Assembly: GCA_951406725.2 (NCBI GenBank)
Contig: OX597836.1
Span: forward strand, 25,172,001 to 25,236,000
Reading direction: 5' to 3'
Origin: Octopus vulgaris
Lineage: Eukaryota
DNA length: 64,000 nt
Shown: positions 13,431 to 26,377 of the stretch, one piece after another
Layout of the letters: every line of letters starts with the position of its first letter
Position numbering within the stretch: position 1 is the stretch's first letter
The notes under the pieces: model-generated
Told to the model about the DNA's origin: nothing
Database searches by the model: none
Seen by the model: the letters and a program-made list of their open reading frames with translations, nothing else
Position numbers and translations under genes: made by a program

Positions 13431-14531
13431 CTATGGTAAAGTATTTGGTGTTTGGAAGGGCATCCAGCTGTAGAAACCAAGCTGAAACAGACTATGGCTC
13501 TCCAGCCATGAGCATCTGTTAAACTGTCCAGTCTATGCTAGCATGGAAAATGGACATTAAATGATGATAATGATGATAGGGTGTATGGTTTGAGGGAAGT
13601 TTGGCTGCTATTTCAGGCATATCAAGTGACTGCATAACAGTCTCTCTCCCTCTCTCTCACAGCTCATTTCTGAAGTGTGTAACTTGTAGATGCTATGACC
13701 AGTTGTTGATGTCTACATGGGGATTGCCCGATCAATCAATGTTCAGAGGCTGTGAATGATTTGGTTGTGTATATTGACCGTGGCCTGTTTCTCTCTGATG
13801 TGCAGCCTGATATGTGTATTAGCTGCTCTAGCCAACCAACTTGATGGCTGTTCACTGTGAGCTGTTTGGTTCCTCTCTGCAGCATGCAACCTGCTTTATG
13901 ACATAACTTCAACAAATAATTGATTTCATTTAAAAACAAAGAAATTATTTAATTCAAAAAACGTTTATTTCATTTATTTATTATTTTCTCTTTTTTTTTT
14001 TTTTTTGCATCTATCAGATCTTTTGATTATTTCTCAAACTATTGGAACAAAAATGGATTTAAGAGGAATCTGGGATTGTTGTTAGTGAGATTAGGAGAAA
14101 AGAAAAAAAAAATTGCAGACTGAAGTAAATAGTGTTGGCACAATCTGCAAGAAATTTATGGTTGGCATTGCAAGGAGAATGGTTATTTTATGACTTCCAG
14201 CCAATATGATGGATCTCTCAAACAAAAGTTCTACATGTTTGCAGATATTTTTCTTGATTCTCAAAGATTTTAGTCTTGAAAATTTCTTTAGTATTTTACA
14301 AGATTTAAACATGTCTGATGCTAATTGCCACCACCATTTCAAAGAACAGTTCTACTCTATTTCACCTTCCCCTCTAATCCTGGTGAAATTCAATATTTAT
14401 CAAGGAAGTGAGAAATTCTGTGACTCTTTGAGTCTCTTAATAATTCTTGTATCTGTTTTGTTTTTGGCTTGTTTCATTGGATTTATTTTTCATGGCTTCA
14501 AAATTTCTGATCTACTTCGAAATTCTTCTAG

Positions 14532-14841
14532 GATTCAAATTGGTCGCGAGAAGGATCCAAGCAAAAGTGAGGTGGCCCGTTTGATCCAGCAGGCTTTGGA
14601 CCAGGACCGGAAGAAAGAGGAGATGCACAGAAAGGACCAGGAGAGACTCGAGAGGCTCCAATCTGAATTCCAATCCAAAGACGAAGCTGAGCAACAGTAC
14701 GACTACGACGAGAATGGCGAACTAGAAGACGAGGACGACGAAGAAGAGGACGAAGAAGACGAGGAGGAAGAGGACCTTGAAGAAGAAGTAGAGGAGGAGG
14801 AGGAGGAAGAGGAAGAAGAAGACGAGGAAGAACTTGGCAAG
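14532..14841 (+). CDS. PPP1R9A/B-like: Neurabin/spinophilin-like exon: end of PDZ (IQIGREKDPSKSEVARLIQQALDQDR) plus long Glu/Asp tract
   Basis: ttcttctag acceptor in phase 2 continues the previous exon. The IGRE...SEVA.LI.Q.L.Q.R motif is conserved in the family. Donor AAG|gttgta is phase 0 and weaker. Confidence 0.92.
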
Positions 14842-15851
14842 GTTGTATTGTATCAATTTCTTTACTTTTGTGTTTGTTTGTTATATTATTCTCACACACA
14901 CACGCACACTATATCTACCTACCTACCTACCTATCTATCTATCTTATCTATCTATCTATCTAACTATCTTGTTTGTCTGTCTGTCTGTCATTCTTTCTTA
15001 TCTTTCTTTCTTTGTTTCTTTATATTGGAATAATTCCTGACATTTAAGTTATTGTGTACAATTTTAAACATCAAAACTAAACAAAATTGTGTCCATATAG
15101 CATATCTGTACCTTCCACTTTCCAGCTGTGCCTTGTAAAAACGTAAGATTTATATTAAAATAGGGTTTATTTGCATTCATTGATATTCAGTAAGCATGCA
15201 TTACATCCACGCAAGAAACTCTGTCAATATGTATATATATATATATATATATATAGATATATATATGGAGGCGCAATGACCCAGTGGTTAGGGCAGCGGA
15301 CTTGCGGTCGGAGGATCTCGGTTTCGATTCCCAGACCGGGCGTTGTGTGTGTTTATTGAGCGAAAACACCTAAAAGCTCCACGAGGCTCCGGCAGGGGAT
15401 GGTGGTGATCCCTGCTGTACTCTTTCACCACTCTAAAGGCGGTGCTCCAGCATGGCTGCAGTCAAATGACTGAAACAAGTACAAAAAAAAAAAAAAAAAT
15501 AGATAGATAGATATTAGTGTGTATGTTAGTCCAGTGTAATTTAAACGTTAAACTGTGTGACAAACAGCCAGTGTTTATAAACTCTGTGTGTATTTCCGTT
15601 GTATTGTAACTTCATCCTTTCTTAGAAAATCCTGGTTTGAGTCTTAGGAGTAGATGTAAAGAAAAAAAACATGAGATTTTTTCCCTAAAAAAAAAAGAAA
15701 AAAACTTTAATTCAACCTGATGGACCATAGGGAAAATTTAACCCTAACCCAGCAATAATCTGAATATCTCATAAACAATCTTTCTTGTTTTGGTTTGTTT
15801 TATTTCACGTTGCCCTGTTAATTAGTGTTAAATTTAAATAAGTCTCTTTTA

Positions 15852-16371
15852 TACGAAAGTGAGTCAAAAAGTAATGCCATTTTGCTTAGGACAGTTATAA
15901 TTACCAACACAGGAACATGTATCATACATCAAAATGAAGCTGGTCCTCTGTGGATCATATCCCTACTTCTCAACATAGTCACCGTTTCTCTCAATAGCAA
16001 TGTTCCACCTTCAAATGAGAGCATGTATCCCTGTCCCTTAAAATTCTGTTGACTGTTCTTTGAGCCACTTCTTCATTACAGGTTTCACTTCCTCGTCACT
16101 GGGGCCAAAGAGATGATAGTCCAGTGATGAGGAAGTGAAAATTGTAGTGAAGAAGTGGCTCAAAGAACAGTCAACAGAATTTTAAGGGACAGGGATACAT
16201 GCTCTCATCTGAAGGTAGAACATTTCTATTGAGAGAAACTGTGACTATGTTGAGAAGTAGGGATGTGATCCACAGAGGACCAGCTTCATTTTGATGTATG
16301 ATACATGTTCCTGTGCTGGTAATTATACCTGTCCTAAGCAAAATGGCATTACTTTTTGACTCACCCTCATA
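15852..16371. mobile_element. Mariner-derived fold-back element: two inverted copies of the mariner 3' end
   Basis: ~250-bp arms with TA at both ends, termini TACGAAAGTGAGTCAAAAAGT / ACTTTTTGACTCACCCTCATA. The right arm translates as decayed transposase C-terminus SDEEVKIVVKKWLKEQSTEF*GTGIHALI...ERNCDYVEK*. Confidence 0.88.
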
Positions 16372-16414
16372 TTTATTATTTGTGCTTATTTTCTTTTGTT
16401 GTTGTTGTTGTCAG

Positions 16415-16615
16415 GAGTTTGAAGAAGCCGACCAATCATTGGAAGACCCAATGGCAGGGGAAGCTACTCCATTGTCGATGCCTTCCAGCGAGCTGCTCAG
16501 CTCCCCGGAAGAAACTTCCAAAGCTTCTATAGAAGTGTTTGAGTTGGAGGAGAGTAGCAGTGAATCGATTTCACCCGATATGGAGTCCCAGGCAATGTTT
16601 GTCAAGTTAAAAGAA
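16415..16615 (+). CDS. PPP1R9A/B-like: Neurabin/spinophilin-like exon (EFEEADQ...IEVFELEESSSESISPDMESQAMFVKLKE)
   Basis: tcag acceptor, GAA|gtaagt donor, 201 nt, phase 0-0. The IEVFEL.E...SP......K.KE motif precedes the neurabin coiled coil. Confidence 0.93.
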
Positions 16616-18136
16616 GTAAGTACCATTCTGTTTGTGGTTTGTTCTGATAATATGACACCTCTCACTTTTTGGTTAAATGTTTTAGTTAGCAGAAAAAAGG
16701 CTGTTGCAGCGATCTTTGCAGGATCTTTGAGTCTGCTGAGGGGTAGGAGAGGAAGAATCTATAACTCTGTATATAAAGCCATTGTCTAATCTAATCTCAG
16801 ACGAAAAGTACACAAGAACCTTGTGTTGGTGTTAAACCAAGTGGCTGCATATTAGACCCAACATCCTGTCCAGTAAAGGTATCCAGGGCCCTGCTGGTAG
16901 TATTAAGCCTACTGGCTCTGTGTTAGACCCAAAACCCAGTCTACTAGACACCCACAAGATTAACCACCATCTTTCCAACAATAAACCTTGGGCACTTTTT
17001 TGAATTCCTTATGTCTAACACTTGTGGATGTGCTTCCAAAATCAGAAAAAAGATAACACTGCACCCATGACTTTTCTCACACTCAGAGTTGCCGAAATAA
17101 ACTACCCACATCAGTTGTTAGATATCAGGACACTACATCCTTCAAAACTCCCATGCTTCCCAAAATTCCCCAACAGTACACCTGATGCCTCACTCTACTT
17201 TTTTTTTTTAAATGACTCATTTACTCTTCATTTCCTGTGCATTATTCTATGGACTATTCGAGCACTTTTGGCTACTTTATTTGATGAGCTGTAATTTACC
17301 TGAGCACTGTAGACAATAAATTCATTAGTATCATCATCATCATCATCATTGTTTAACGTCCGTTTTGCATGCTGGCAATGGGTTGGACAGTTCAACTGGG
17401 GTCTGGGAAGCCAGGTGGCTGCACCAGGCACCAGTCTGATCTGGCAATGTTTCTACAGCTGGATGCCCTTCCTAATGCCAACCACTCTGAGAGTGTAGTG
17501 GGTGCTTTTTACATACCACCAGCACAGGAGCCAGTCAAGGTGGTGCTGGCATTGGCCTCATTCGGATGGTGCTTTTTACATGCCACTAGCATGAGGACCA
17601 AAGCTACAATTTCCATTTGATTGTGATTTGATTTCATTTTGATGTTGATGTACTTGACTCAATAGGTCTCCTCAAGCACAGCATATCGCTCTACGATCCA
17701 ATGGTACTTTTTGAGTTGGCCAGTTATGCGACACTGGTGTAGGTTACAGCTGTGATCTCACTTTATTTGCCGGTATATTTATCATTATTATATTCTAAAT
17801 CCACCCAAGGAGCAATAATGGTGTTAAACTGGGTGGTATGTTAGAGCCAACACCCAATCTACTAAAAACATCCAAGGACCGGTTGATGGTATTAAACCAG
17901 GCAGTGTTAGGTCTACCACTCAAGCACTCTACTAGGAGTGTCAGAAACAGTTGTCGGGTTTAGCTATATCTGTTTATGTTCTGAGTTCAAATCCTGCAAG
18001 GGGCTTTGAATTGGTTTTGTGCCTTGCTAGGACTCCTTAAATTGTTCAACTAGATCCCTTTTATGTGTGATCCTATCAGAAATCAGTTTGCACCCATGTA
18101 CACATACTTTTTCCCTCTCACTGACACACACACACA

Positions 18137-18169
<33 letters not shown>

Positions 18170-18241
18170 CCCTCTCACACAAAATACACACATTCACATG
18201 ACATGTGACATGTTATCATCCTTATATTTTTTATCTTTCAG

Positions 18242-18295
18242 CTCCAGTACAAAAATGCTGTTGCTGAAGCAGAATTAGCAAAATTGAAAGCAAAG
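18242..18295 (+). CDS. PPP1R9A/B-like: Neurabin/spinophilin-like exon: start of coiled coil (LQYKNAVAEAELAKLKAK)
   Basis: tctttcag acceptor, AAG|gtgagt donor, 54 nt, phase 0-0. Resembles vertebrate LQIKHAVTEAEIQ.LK.K. Confidence 0.93.
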
Positions 18296-18303
18296 GTGAG
18301 TCG

Positions 18304-18397
18304 CATCACCACCACCACCACCACCACAATCATCACCACCACCACCTCCACTATCATCACCACTCATCATCACCACCACCACTCTCATCAAAATCAT

Positions 18398-18429
<32 letters not shown>

Positions 18430-19190
18430 CCACTCATCATCATCACCACCACAATCATCACCACCATCACCTCCACTATCATCACCACTCATCATCACCA
18501 CCACCACTGTCATCAAAATCATCACCACCACCATCATCATCATCATCACTACTCATCATCATCACCACCACCACCACAATCATCACCACCATCACCTCCA
18601 CTATCATCACCACTCATCATCACCACCACCACTGTCATCAAAATCATCACCACCACCATCATCATCATCATCACTACTCATCATCATCACCACCACCACC
18701 ACAATCATCACCACCATCACCTCCACTATCATCACCACTCATCATCACCACCACCACTGTCATCAAAATCATCACCACCACCATCATCATCATCACATCA
18801 TCACCACCACCACCACAATCATCACCACCACCATCACCTCCACTATCATCACCACTCATCATCACCACCACCACTGTCATCAAAATCATCACCACCACAT
18901 TCACCACCACCACCACCATCACTGCCATCATCATCCCCACCACCACCACCACTGTCATCATCACCACCACCACCACAATCATTACCACCATCACCACCAC
19001 CACTATCATCACCACTCATCATCACCAACATCATCAACATCATCACCACCACATTCACCACCATCACTGCCATCATCATCCCCACCACCATCACTGCCAT
19101 CATCCACCATCACCACCACCACCACCACTGTCATCATCACCACTGCCATCATCATCACCACCATCACCACCACCATCATTACCAACATCA
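18304..19190. repeat. (CAY)n-derived higher-order tandem repeat filling most of a ~985-nt intron
   Basis: Recurrent blocks ACAATCATCACC...CTCCACTATCATCACCACTCATC...CTGTCATCAAAATC at roughly 115-130-bp period. Confidence 0.92.
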
Positions 19191-19280
19191 GTAAAACCAA
19201 TAATTCCTATATTGTTGACTTGGTGGATTATTGCTAATCTATTCCCCCCCCTCACCCCTGTATCTCTTTAATCCCTACAG

Positions 19281-19409
19281 ATGATACTGCTAGAAAATGC
19301 CGAAGGTCAGAAACGTCATTATGAGAAGAAATGTGAAGAAATGGCTCAACGCTTACTCGAAAAGGAGAAATCCCTTGAGAATTCTCGCAAAGAAATAAAC
19401 AGATACCAG
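19281..19409 (+). CDS. PPP1R9A/B-like: Neurabin/spinophilin-like coiled-coil exon (MILLENAEGQKRHYEKKCEEMAQRLLEKEKSLENSRKEINRYQ)
   Basis: ccctacag acceptor, CAG|gtagac donor, 129 nt, phase 0-0, heptad-like composition. Confidence 0.9.
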
Positions 19410-21004
19410 GTAGACTTCGGCCTTGATTCCTTTTGCTTGTTTTGGTGTGTTTTTTTTCTCATTTTGTTGTTTTTGTCATCGCTGCTAAACCCTTTTTAAT
19501 GTGGAAGTCAGAGAGATCCACGCCAAACTTCATGGCTCTTAATTCTGGGAAGTGGTTTTATAAGTCTCCCTTTTAATTGGGAATGGTTCAGAAAGTATAA
19601 ATCTATCTTTTGTTCTTTTAGTTATTTCAGTAATTTGACTGTGGCCTTGCTGGAGCACCACCTTTGAGAGTCTTGGTCAAACAAATCGCACCCCACTCCC
19701 AGGACTTATTTTTTTTCTTTTTAAGCCTGCTACTTATTTTATCAGTCTCTTTTGCTGAACTGCTAAGTTACAGGGATGTAAACAAACCAACACTGGTTGC
19801 CAAGTGGTGATGAGGACACACACGCACATGCGCGCGCACACACATACACACATAGATGGTGGGTTTCTTTCAGTTTCCATCTACTGAATCTGCTCTCAAG
19901 GTTTTGGTCAGCCCAAGGCTATAGTAGAACACACATACCCAAGGTGCCTTACTGTGGGACTGAACCTGGAACCATGTGGTTGGGAAGCAAGCTTCTTACC
20001 ACACAGTCACGCCTTTTTTTTGTAAACTGATAACAAATCTTCAATTTTAAACCAATTGAAACAAGAAAAAAAAGAAAATGTGTGTGTGGGGGGAGGGCAT
20101 GGGGGCGGTAAGCAGCAAAAGATGGAGGTGGAAGGGAGTGATGTCCTCCATTGTTCCCTGAACATATTATTATACACAAACACGTACACATCTACATGCA
20201 CCTCTATACTGCACGCACACAGGTATTCATGAAGAATGGCGTAGAAACAAGGTGAGAGAAAGACGGCAGCTAAGAGGAGAGCAGGTGTAGTGAGTAAGGA
20301 AGAAGACAATGTTTGTATGATGGGTATGGAGGAGGAGGAAGAGGAGAAGGAGAGCTGAGTAAAGATGTAGCATGGGCTGAAAGGGAATGGAACTTGTGGA
20401 AAGAGGGAGAGACAGAAAGCAATAATAAGTACATCATCATCATCATCTGTCTTCCATGCTGTCATGGGTTGGATGGTTTGACAGGAGCTGGCAAGACTGC
20501 GCCAAGCCCCACATTCTGTTTGGCGTGGATTTTATGCAGCTGGATGTTCTTCCTACTGCCATCCACTTTACAGAGTGGACTGGGTGCTTTTTTTACGTGA
20601 CACCAGCACCAGCGAGGCCTGCTTTGGCATGGGTTTTACAACTGGATGCCCTTTCTAATGCCAACCACTTTACAGAGTGTGCTCGGAGCTTTTTGCATGG
20701 CACCTTGGGTATGTGTCTTCTACTATAGCCTTGGGCTGACCAAAACCTTGAGGTCTGTTTTGGCATGATTTTTACTGCTGGATGCCCCAGCACAAACAGA
20801 AAACTGAATCGTAAAAGATTCATAAAGAGGAAAGGGTAGACCGCCATATCAAGAGAAGGGTTAACAAATTCCATAAAAGATGAGATTTTTTAAGGATCCA
20901 GTGTCTTGACATGTAACAGCCAAACTGGGCAGTCTCTTCAATGCCTCAATACTTCTGAAGTAAATGAATCTCTTCAGATTATTTGTATGATGAATATTCA
21001 GTTG

Positions 21005-21261
21005 AGTGATTCCCAACCCTTTTTTTTTTTTATCTGTGGACCCCTTTGATTACTGTTTAACTCAGCTGGACCCTCATAACCATTCCATTTTTAAAAAATC
21101 CTTTTATATTTTTATAATTAAACATTAGGGATTTTGTAAATAAGATTATCAAAATATTTTGTGTATTGTAGAAGTATAACAAATTTGTTGCAGATAAATT
21201 TTAACAACAAAATCTTATGTGGACCCCTCACTGTCATGTGGACCCTGGTTGAGGGCCTCTG
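21005..21261. mobile_element. Decayed hAT-like MITE
   Basis: GAGTGATTCCCAACC...GTGGACCCC...GTGGACCCTGGTTGAGGGCCTCTG termini and subterminal repeats. Confidence 0.5.
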
Positions 21262-21334
21262 GTTTATTTGATCAAATAAATTCAGTAGTCTTTGAATTAG
21301 TAGTAAGTGGCTGACTATACCAACTGTCATATAC

Positions 21335-21615
21335 AGGAGCTCAGCTAGGGTAAATGGCGCCCAGAGCAAGCATCAGAATTGCACCCCACTTAAACTGGTG
21401 GGGATTTCAGCACATGCATTTTGTGAGGTCAAGTAAGAACACCTATTCTGTTCCAGTGGCATGGATGGTGATAAGCAAAACAAACTATGCCTAAAAAAGA
21501 TTAAAAATTTTTTATTAATGGCTTAATTAGAAAATGATCTTGGCTAAAATTGCGTCCCTGTTCAAAGTGGTGCCTAGGGCATATGCCCTGCTTGCCCCAC
21601 CCTAGCTACACTCCT
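21335..21615. mobile_element. Non-autonomous DNA element with ~16-bp TIRs
   Basis: AGGAGCTCAGCTAGGG ... CCCTAGCTACACTCCT. Confidence 0.55.
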
Positions 21616-22585
21616 TTTAACATAATTGTTGGGCAGAATCAATGATACAGAGTGACAAAACTGGTGGAATCCATCCAGTGAGGTTCTGTACAGTTTCCAT
21701 CTCCCCAAAACACAGGATATTCCAAATGGGTGGTACGTGTACCACACTGAGGAACTCACCTGTACAACAAAACAAAGCTAATATCAAGAAATGACCAACA
21801 AAATGACCACTTGGACATTCATGGGGCACAGGTTGTTGTTGTTGTGGCAAGTTACAACCAGTTATTGCTATTACAGACACAATCACACTGTCTCATTATA
21901 TCTGATTGGATTAATTCATCTGTTATGTCTGTCAATGACGACCAAGGACAAAACAGGGGAGAAGACAGGGCACAGTGTGTCTGGCTGTGGCCAATCAGTG
22001 TGTTTGGGAGGCTCTGCCGCAGTTCAAGCTGTGGTGGTTTGTTGTGACTAAACGCAGTGAGTTGGCTCTGAACTTGCACAGTTTGCATTTTCTTTGTGCA
22101 TCTGCAATCCCGTTCTGTTTGTATGAGGTGACACCTCTGTTAGTGTAGCTTTGTCAGGCAGGGCAGTCTTGTGCTTGCATTTCCCAATTGTTGGGGGTTG
22201 ATCTCAAAGCTCTTTAGTGAGAACTTCATGCTCTTGCTTTCCGCCAATTCACAGAAAAGTCATCTAGTAAAACAAGGTCCCAGACACAGAGGTCCCACTC
22301 TCGAGCTGATCTGCCAAACATTTACTACTGAGGCAAGCACAAGCCAAGTGAGCCAGCCACCTTGTTCAAATGCCCGGCAGGCGACTCCCGATAGACTGCT
22401 TTTACAGCAAACTGGCAGATAATATCAACAACGATAGCAGAACAGCATCCAAACAAACACTAAATCTCCTTTCAGTCCAGACCAATAAGACAGTTGTATA
22501 TACACAGAGTAACTGCAGCATGAATAATATTAACTTTGTTAGCTGTAAACATTGCTGGGTTGTACAGCAATAATAATAATAATAA

Positions 22586-22616
<31 letters not shown>

Positions 22617-23151
22617 AATGATTGTTACAGAGTTGCAGTGGATGTTATTTCTGAACCAAGTTAACTCTGATAACCTCTGTTGTGTCCACAGACTGGACAG
22701 TAGAGCAAGAGAGAGACAGAGAAAGAGTACAGCATCCCCAGTCTTCCAGTCTGCATCGCATATAATTAACCACTGCATGTCCAAATGTGCAGTATGGCAT
22801 GCAGCTTGCAGCTAGATGCAGTCTGATACTGTCATGTTTCAGACACTGTGGCACACTCGGATTAGCTCTAGTTGTTAATCCAGTCGCCTAAAGCTGTTGT
22901 CGGTCTTTTTTTTTTGATTGGCATTGACCTGGGGTTATATAACAACAGCAACATGGCTACCCTGCGATACCCCTCCCCCCATCACACTTCGCTACCCCCA
23001 CCATCCTGCTCTACATCGCACCATACCACTCCACTCCACCCACCCCCACATCTGTATATTTATCCTGTCTTCAGAGAAATGATGTTGAGTATTGGAAAAT
23101 ATATATTGTGAAGCCACTTGTCATAGCTGTAGCAACAATGGCCATTATTAA

Positions 23152-23185
<34 letters not shown>

Positions 23186-24292
23186 GTTGTTGTTGTTGTT
23201 GTTGTTAGTAGTGGTGGCGGTAGTAGTTGTAGTAGTAGTAGTGGTTGTGGTGGCAGCGATCACTTGCTTTTAGGGTGTGACAGATTTCTAATTCTTTATG
23301 TAGATAATGTGTCATCCCGTCAGAAACGTGTGTGTGTGCGCGCGCATATACATACATACATACATACACACACACACATGTATATGTATACACATACATG
23401 CAGACGCACATACACATGAGAGAGAGAGAGAGCAAAAGAGAGAGAGATATACTCATGTAGCCATCATTAACATGAGCAGTATTGCAGTCCACATCATCAT
23501 CATCACCATCATCACCATGATGTCATGCAGTGTTAATCAGTGACCATCACACCACTACCATCTCTACCGCCGCCACCACCACCACCGCTGTCTCTAGAGT
23601 CAACAATATTAGCACAATTGTCTGAAACTGACCCAGAGATTCTCTTGGACTCTTACCATTCCAATGACCTGGATTTCTTTTGTTATTGTTTCTGTTTTGT
23701 TGCAGTCAGTGGTGCAGCATGGGGGAGGGAAAGAGGGCTATGGGGGTGCCAATCATACAGGGTGGCCACTTGGTTGTCGTGGTGGTGGTGGTGGTGGTGG
23801 TGGTGGCAAGGCCAGTTGGGAGATCAAATGTGTTGAAACTGTTACGTGGCTGAGTGGTTAAGGGGCTCTCTTTTGCAACTGCTTGATTTTGAGTTCAATT
23901 CCACTGCACTGCATCTTGGTCTAGTGCCTTGTGCTGACTAGTGTCTCAGGCTAACTAGTGTCTTGTCAGTCAGTTTGGTAGATGGAGACTGCATGGAAGC
24001 CCATCATACGTGAAAAGCATTCATGGCAGTGCCATGTGAAACCACCCATGTGGAGATGCGAAAAAGTGCTCATATGCTGCCCTGTAAAAGCACCCATGTG
24101 GCGTTACATGCAAGTGCCCATGTTGTGCCATGTGAAAGCACCCAGTGCCCTCTGTAAAGAAGTTAACATTAGGAAGGGCATTCAGGTTCAAATCGAACCT
24201 GGTGCAGCTCCCCAGCTTGCCAGCTCTGATCACGCCATCCAACCCATGCCAGCATGGACAACGGACATTAAATGATGATAATGATGATGATG

Positions 24293-24356
<64 letters not shown>

Positions 24357-24699
24357 AAATTTAAAGGACTGACCACTAAAAGTGGACGGTCAATATGCTA
24401 AATTTTGTATGTAAAAATATTTTAATCTTCGGATTTCTTTAATATGCTAGGCCACTGGTTTTAATTGATTAATATCAATTTCTACCCTTATTCAATTTTA
24501 TATATATAGCTCCGTCTGGCACCTGTGCGGGTGGCACGTAAAAAGCACCCACTACACTCACGGAGTGGTTGGCGTTAGGAAGGGCATCCAGCCGTAGAAA
24601 CATTGCCTGATCAGACTGGGTCTGATGCAGCCTTCTGGCTTCACAGACCCCAGTTGAACCGTCCAACCCATGCTAGCATGGAAGGCGGATGCTAAATGA

Positions 24700-24749
<50 letters not shown>

Positions 24750-25282
24750 ATTTGTATATCTGTATGAGTCTTTGTGCACCTCCACTGCTTGACAACCATT
24801 GTTGCTTTGTTTATGTTCCTCTAACTTTGCAGTTTAGCAAAAGACTTGATAGAATAAGTCCCAAACTTTAAATGAAAGGGATTACTGGGGTAAACCTGTG
24901 AACTAAAACCTGTGAAGGTGGTGCCCCAGCATGGCCACAGTGCAATGCCTGAAATAAGAAAAAGATAAAAGGAGGAGCCAATCACTTTGTCTATTGAATA
25001 GGGTGGCCAAAACCTAAACTACATCAGTGGCCCCTGGTCACCTTTGATTGCAATGACTTGAGGACAATCTGAGTCTGGAAATATCTCTACTATTTTTGAA
25101 ATAATGCACCTAAGAACTACATTGTCCAGTGTGGTCATTCTTGCTTCTTTTTAAGATGGCAGGGTGTAATTTAGCTTCTGTTTCTAGCTTGCTGAGTGAT
25201 TCCATTGGGGTATTTTTATGGTAGGTAGAGGTTTGGAGGTGAATGACCGGTGGAAGGACCTTCACAACTTTGTAGTGCCTCT

Positions 25283-25460
25283 TGACCACTCATACAACTG
25301 TCAACATCACCAGGTTTTCTGGGGGGGTAGGGGTTGGAGATGGGATGGGATAGGATGGGGGTGGGGTGTACTGACCACTCATACAGCTGTCAACATCACC
25401 AGGTTTTCTGGGGGGGTAGGGGTTGGAGATGGAATGGGACAGGATAGGGGGTGGGGGTGT
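25283..25460. repeat. Tandem duplication of a ~90-bp G-rich unit
   Basis: TGACCACTCATACA.CTGTCAACATCACCAGGTTTTCTGGGGGGGTAGGGGTTGGAGATGG occurs twice. Confidence 0.85.
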
Positions 25461-26338
25461 CCAGCTTTAACGAACTTCCTACTTGTAGTACTACCCACCC
25501 CCCTCAACAAACGTTCGTGGCCCCCACCCCACCCTTCCACCAAATCTATCACCGCTTCCACCACCACCACCACATGTACATAATTATCTTCCAGAAATTA
25601 ATTGAAAAATCTACCGTAATAATGGGGTGTTTTGTTTGCAGTAGGAGAGACAATGACATCACAGCCCTGCAGCAGCACCCCCACCACCCCAACCCCACCA
25701 CCACCACCCCCAATATCACTACCACCATCATAATCATCATCATCAGTGACGGTGGTGGTTTTGGTAATATGGAGTAACTAGAAAGACTGGCCAAATCTCC
25801 CTTGAGGCCCATTGCACATTGGATAATGTATTCCTAGATATATCATGCTTAATGGGTGGGGGCGGAAATGTGATGGTCGTGTCTGGAATAACCATAATCA
25901 TAGGTCTGCTAAATCAGGGCACCACATACATTGCCACCATCACCACCACCATCATCACCACCACCACCAATAATAAAATCCTGTTTTAACACAACTTTAT
26001 TAATTGTTTTAAAAAAATGCTGACTGGTTAATTTCTACCAATGTGTGTACGCGTGTGTGTAATATATGTACATATGTGTTTATGTATAACTGTGTGTGCA
26101 TATATTTGTGTGTGTGTGTGTAATATATATATATATATGTAATATATGTATAGGAATGTCTGTTTCTGAGTGTATATATATATATATATGTGCATGTATA
26201 ACTGTGTGTATATAGGAATGTCTTTTCTTGAGTGTATATATATATGTGTGTATGTATAACAGTAAATATATTTTTATGTATGTGTGTAATATACATATGT
26301 ACATACACACACACATATATATGTACATATATTTATGT

Positions 26339-26377
<39 letters not shown>

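Noticed and set aside
18284-19237. 317-aa His/Thr-rich ORF as an independent gene
   Set aside because: It starts inside a neurabin exon at TTG and is translated (CAY)n repeat. Kept only as an intron-retention possibility.
25623-25777. MGCFVCSRR... peptide resembling a myristoylated/palmitoylated alternative first exon
   Set aside because: There is no phase-0 donor to join exon 37447 before the stop, and the rest is low-complexity.
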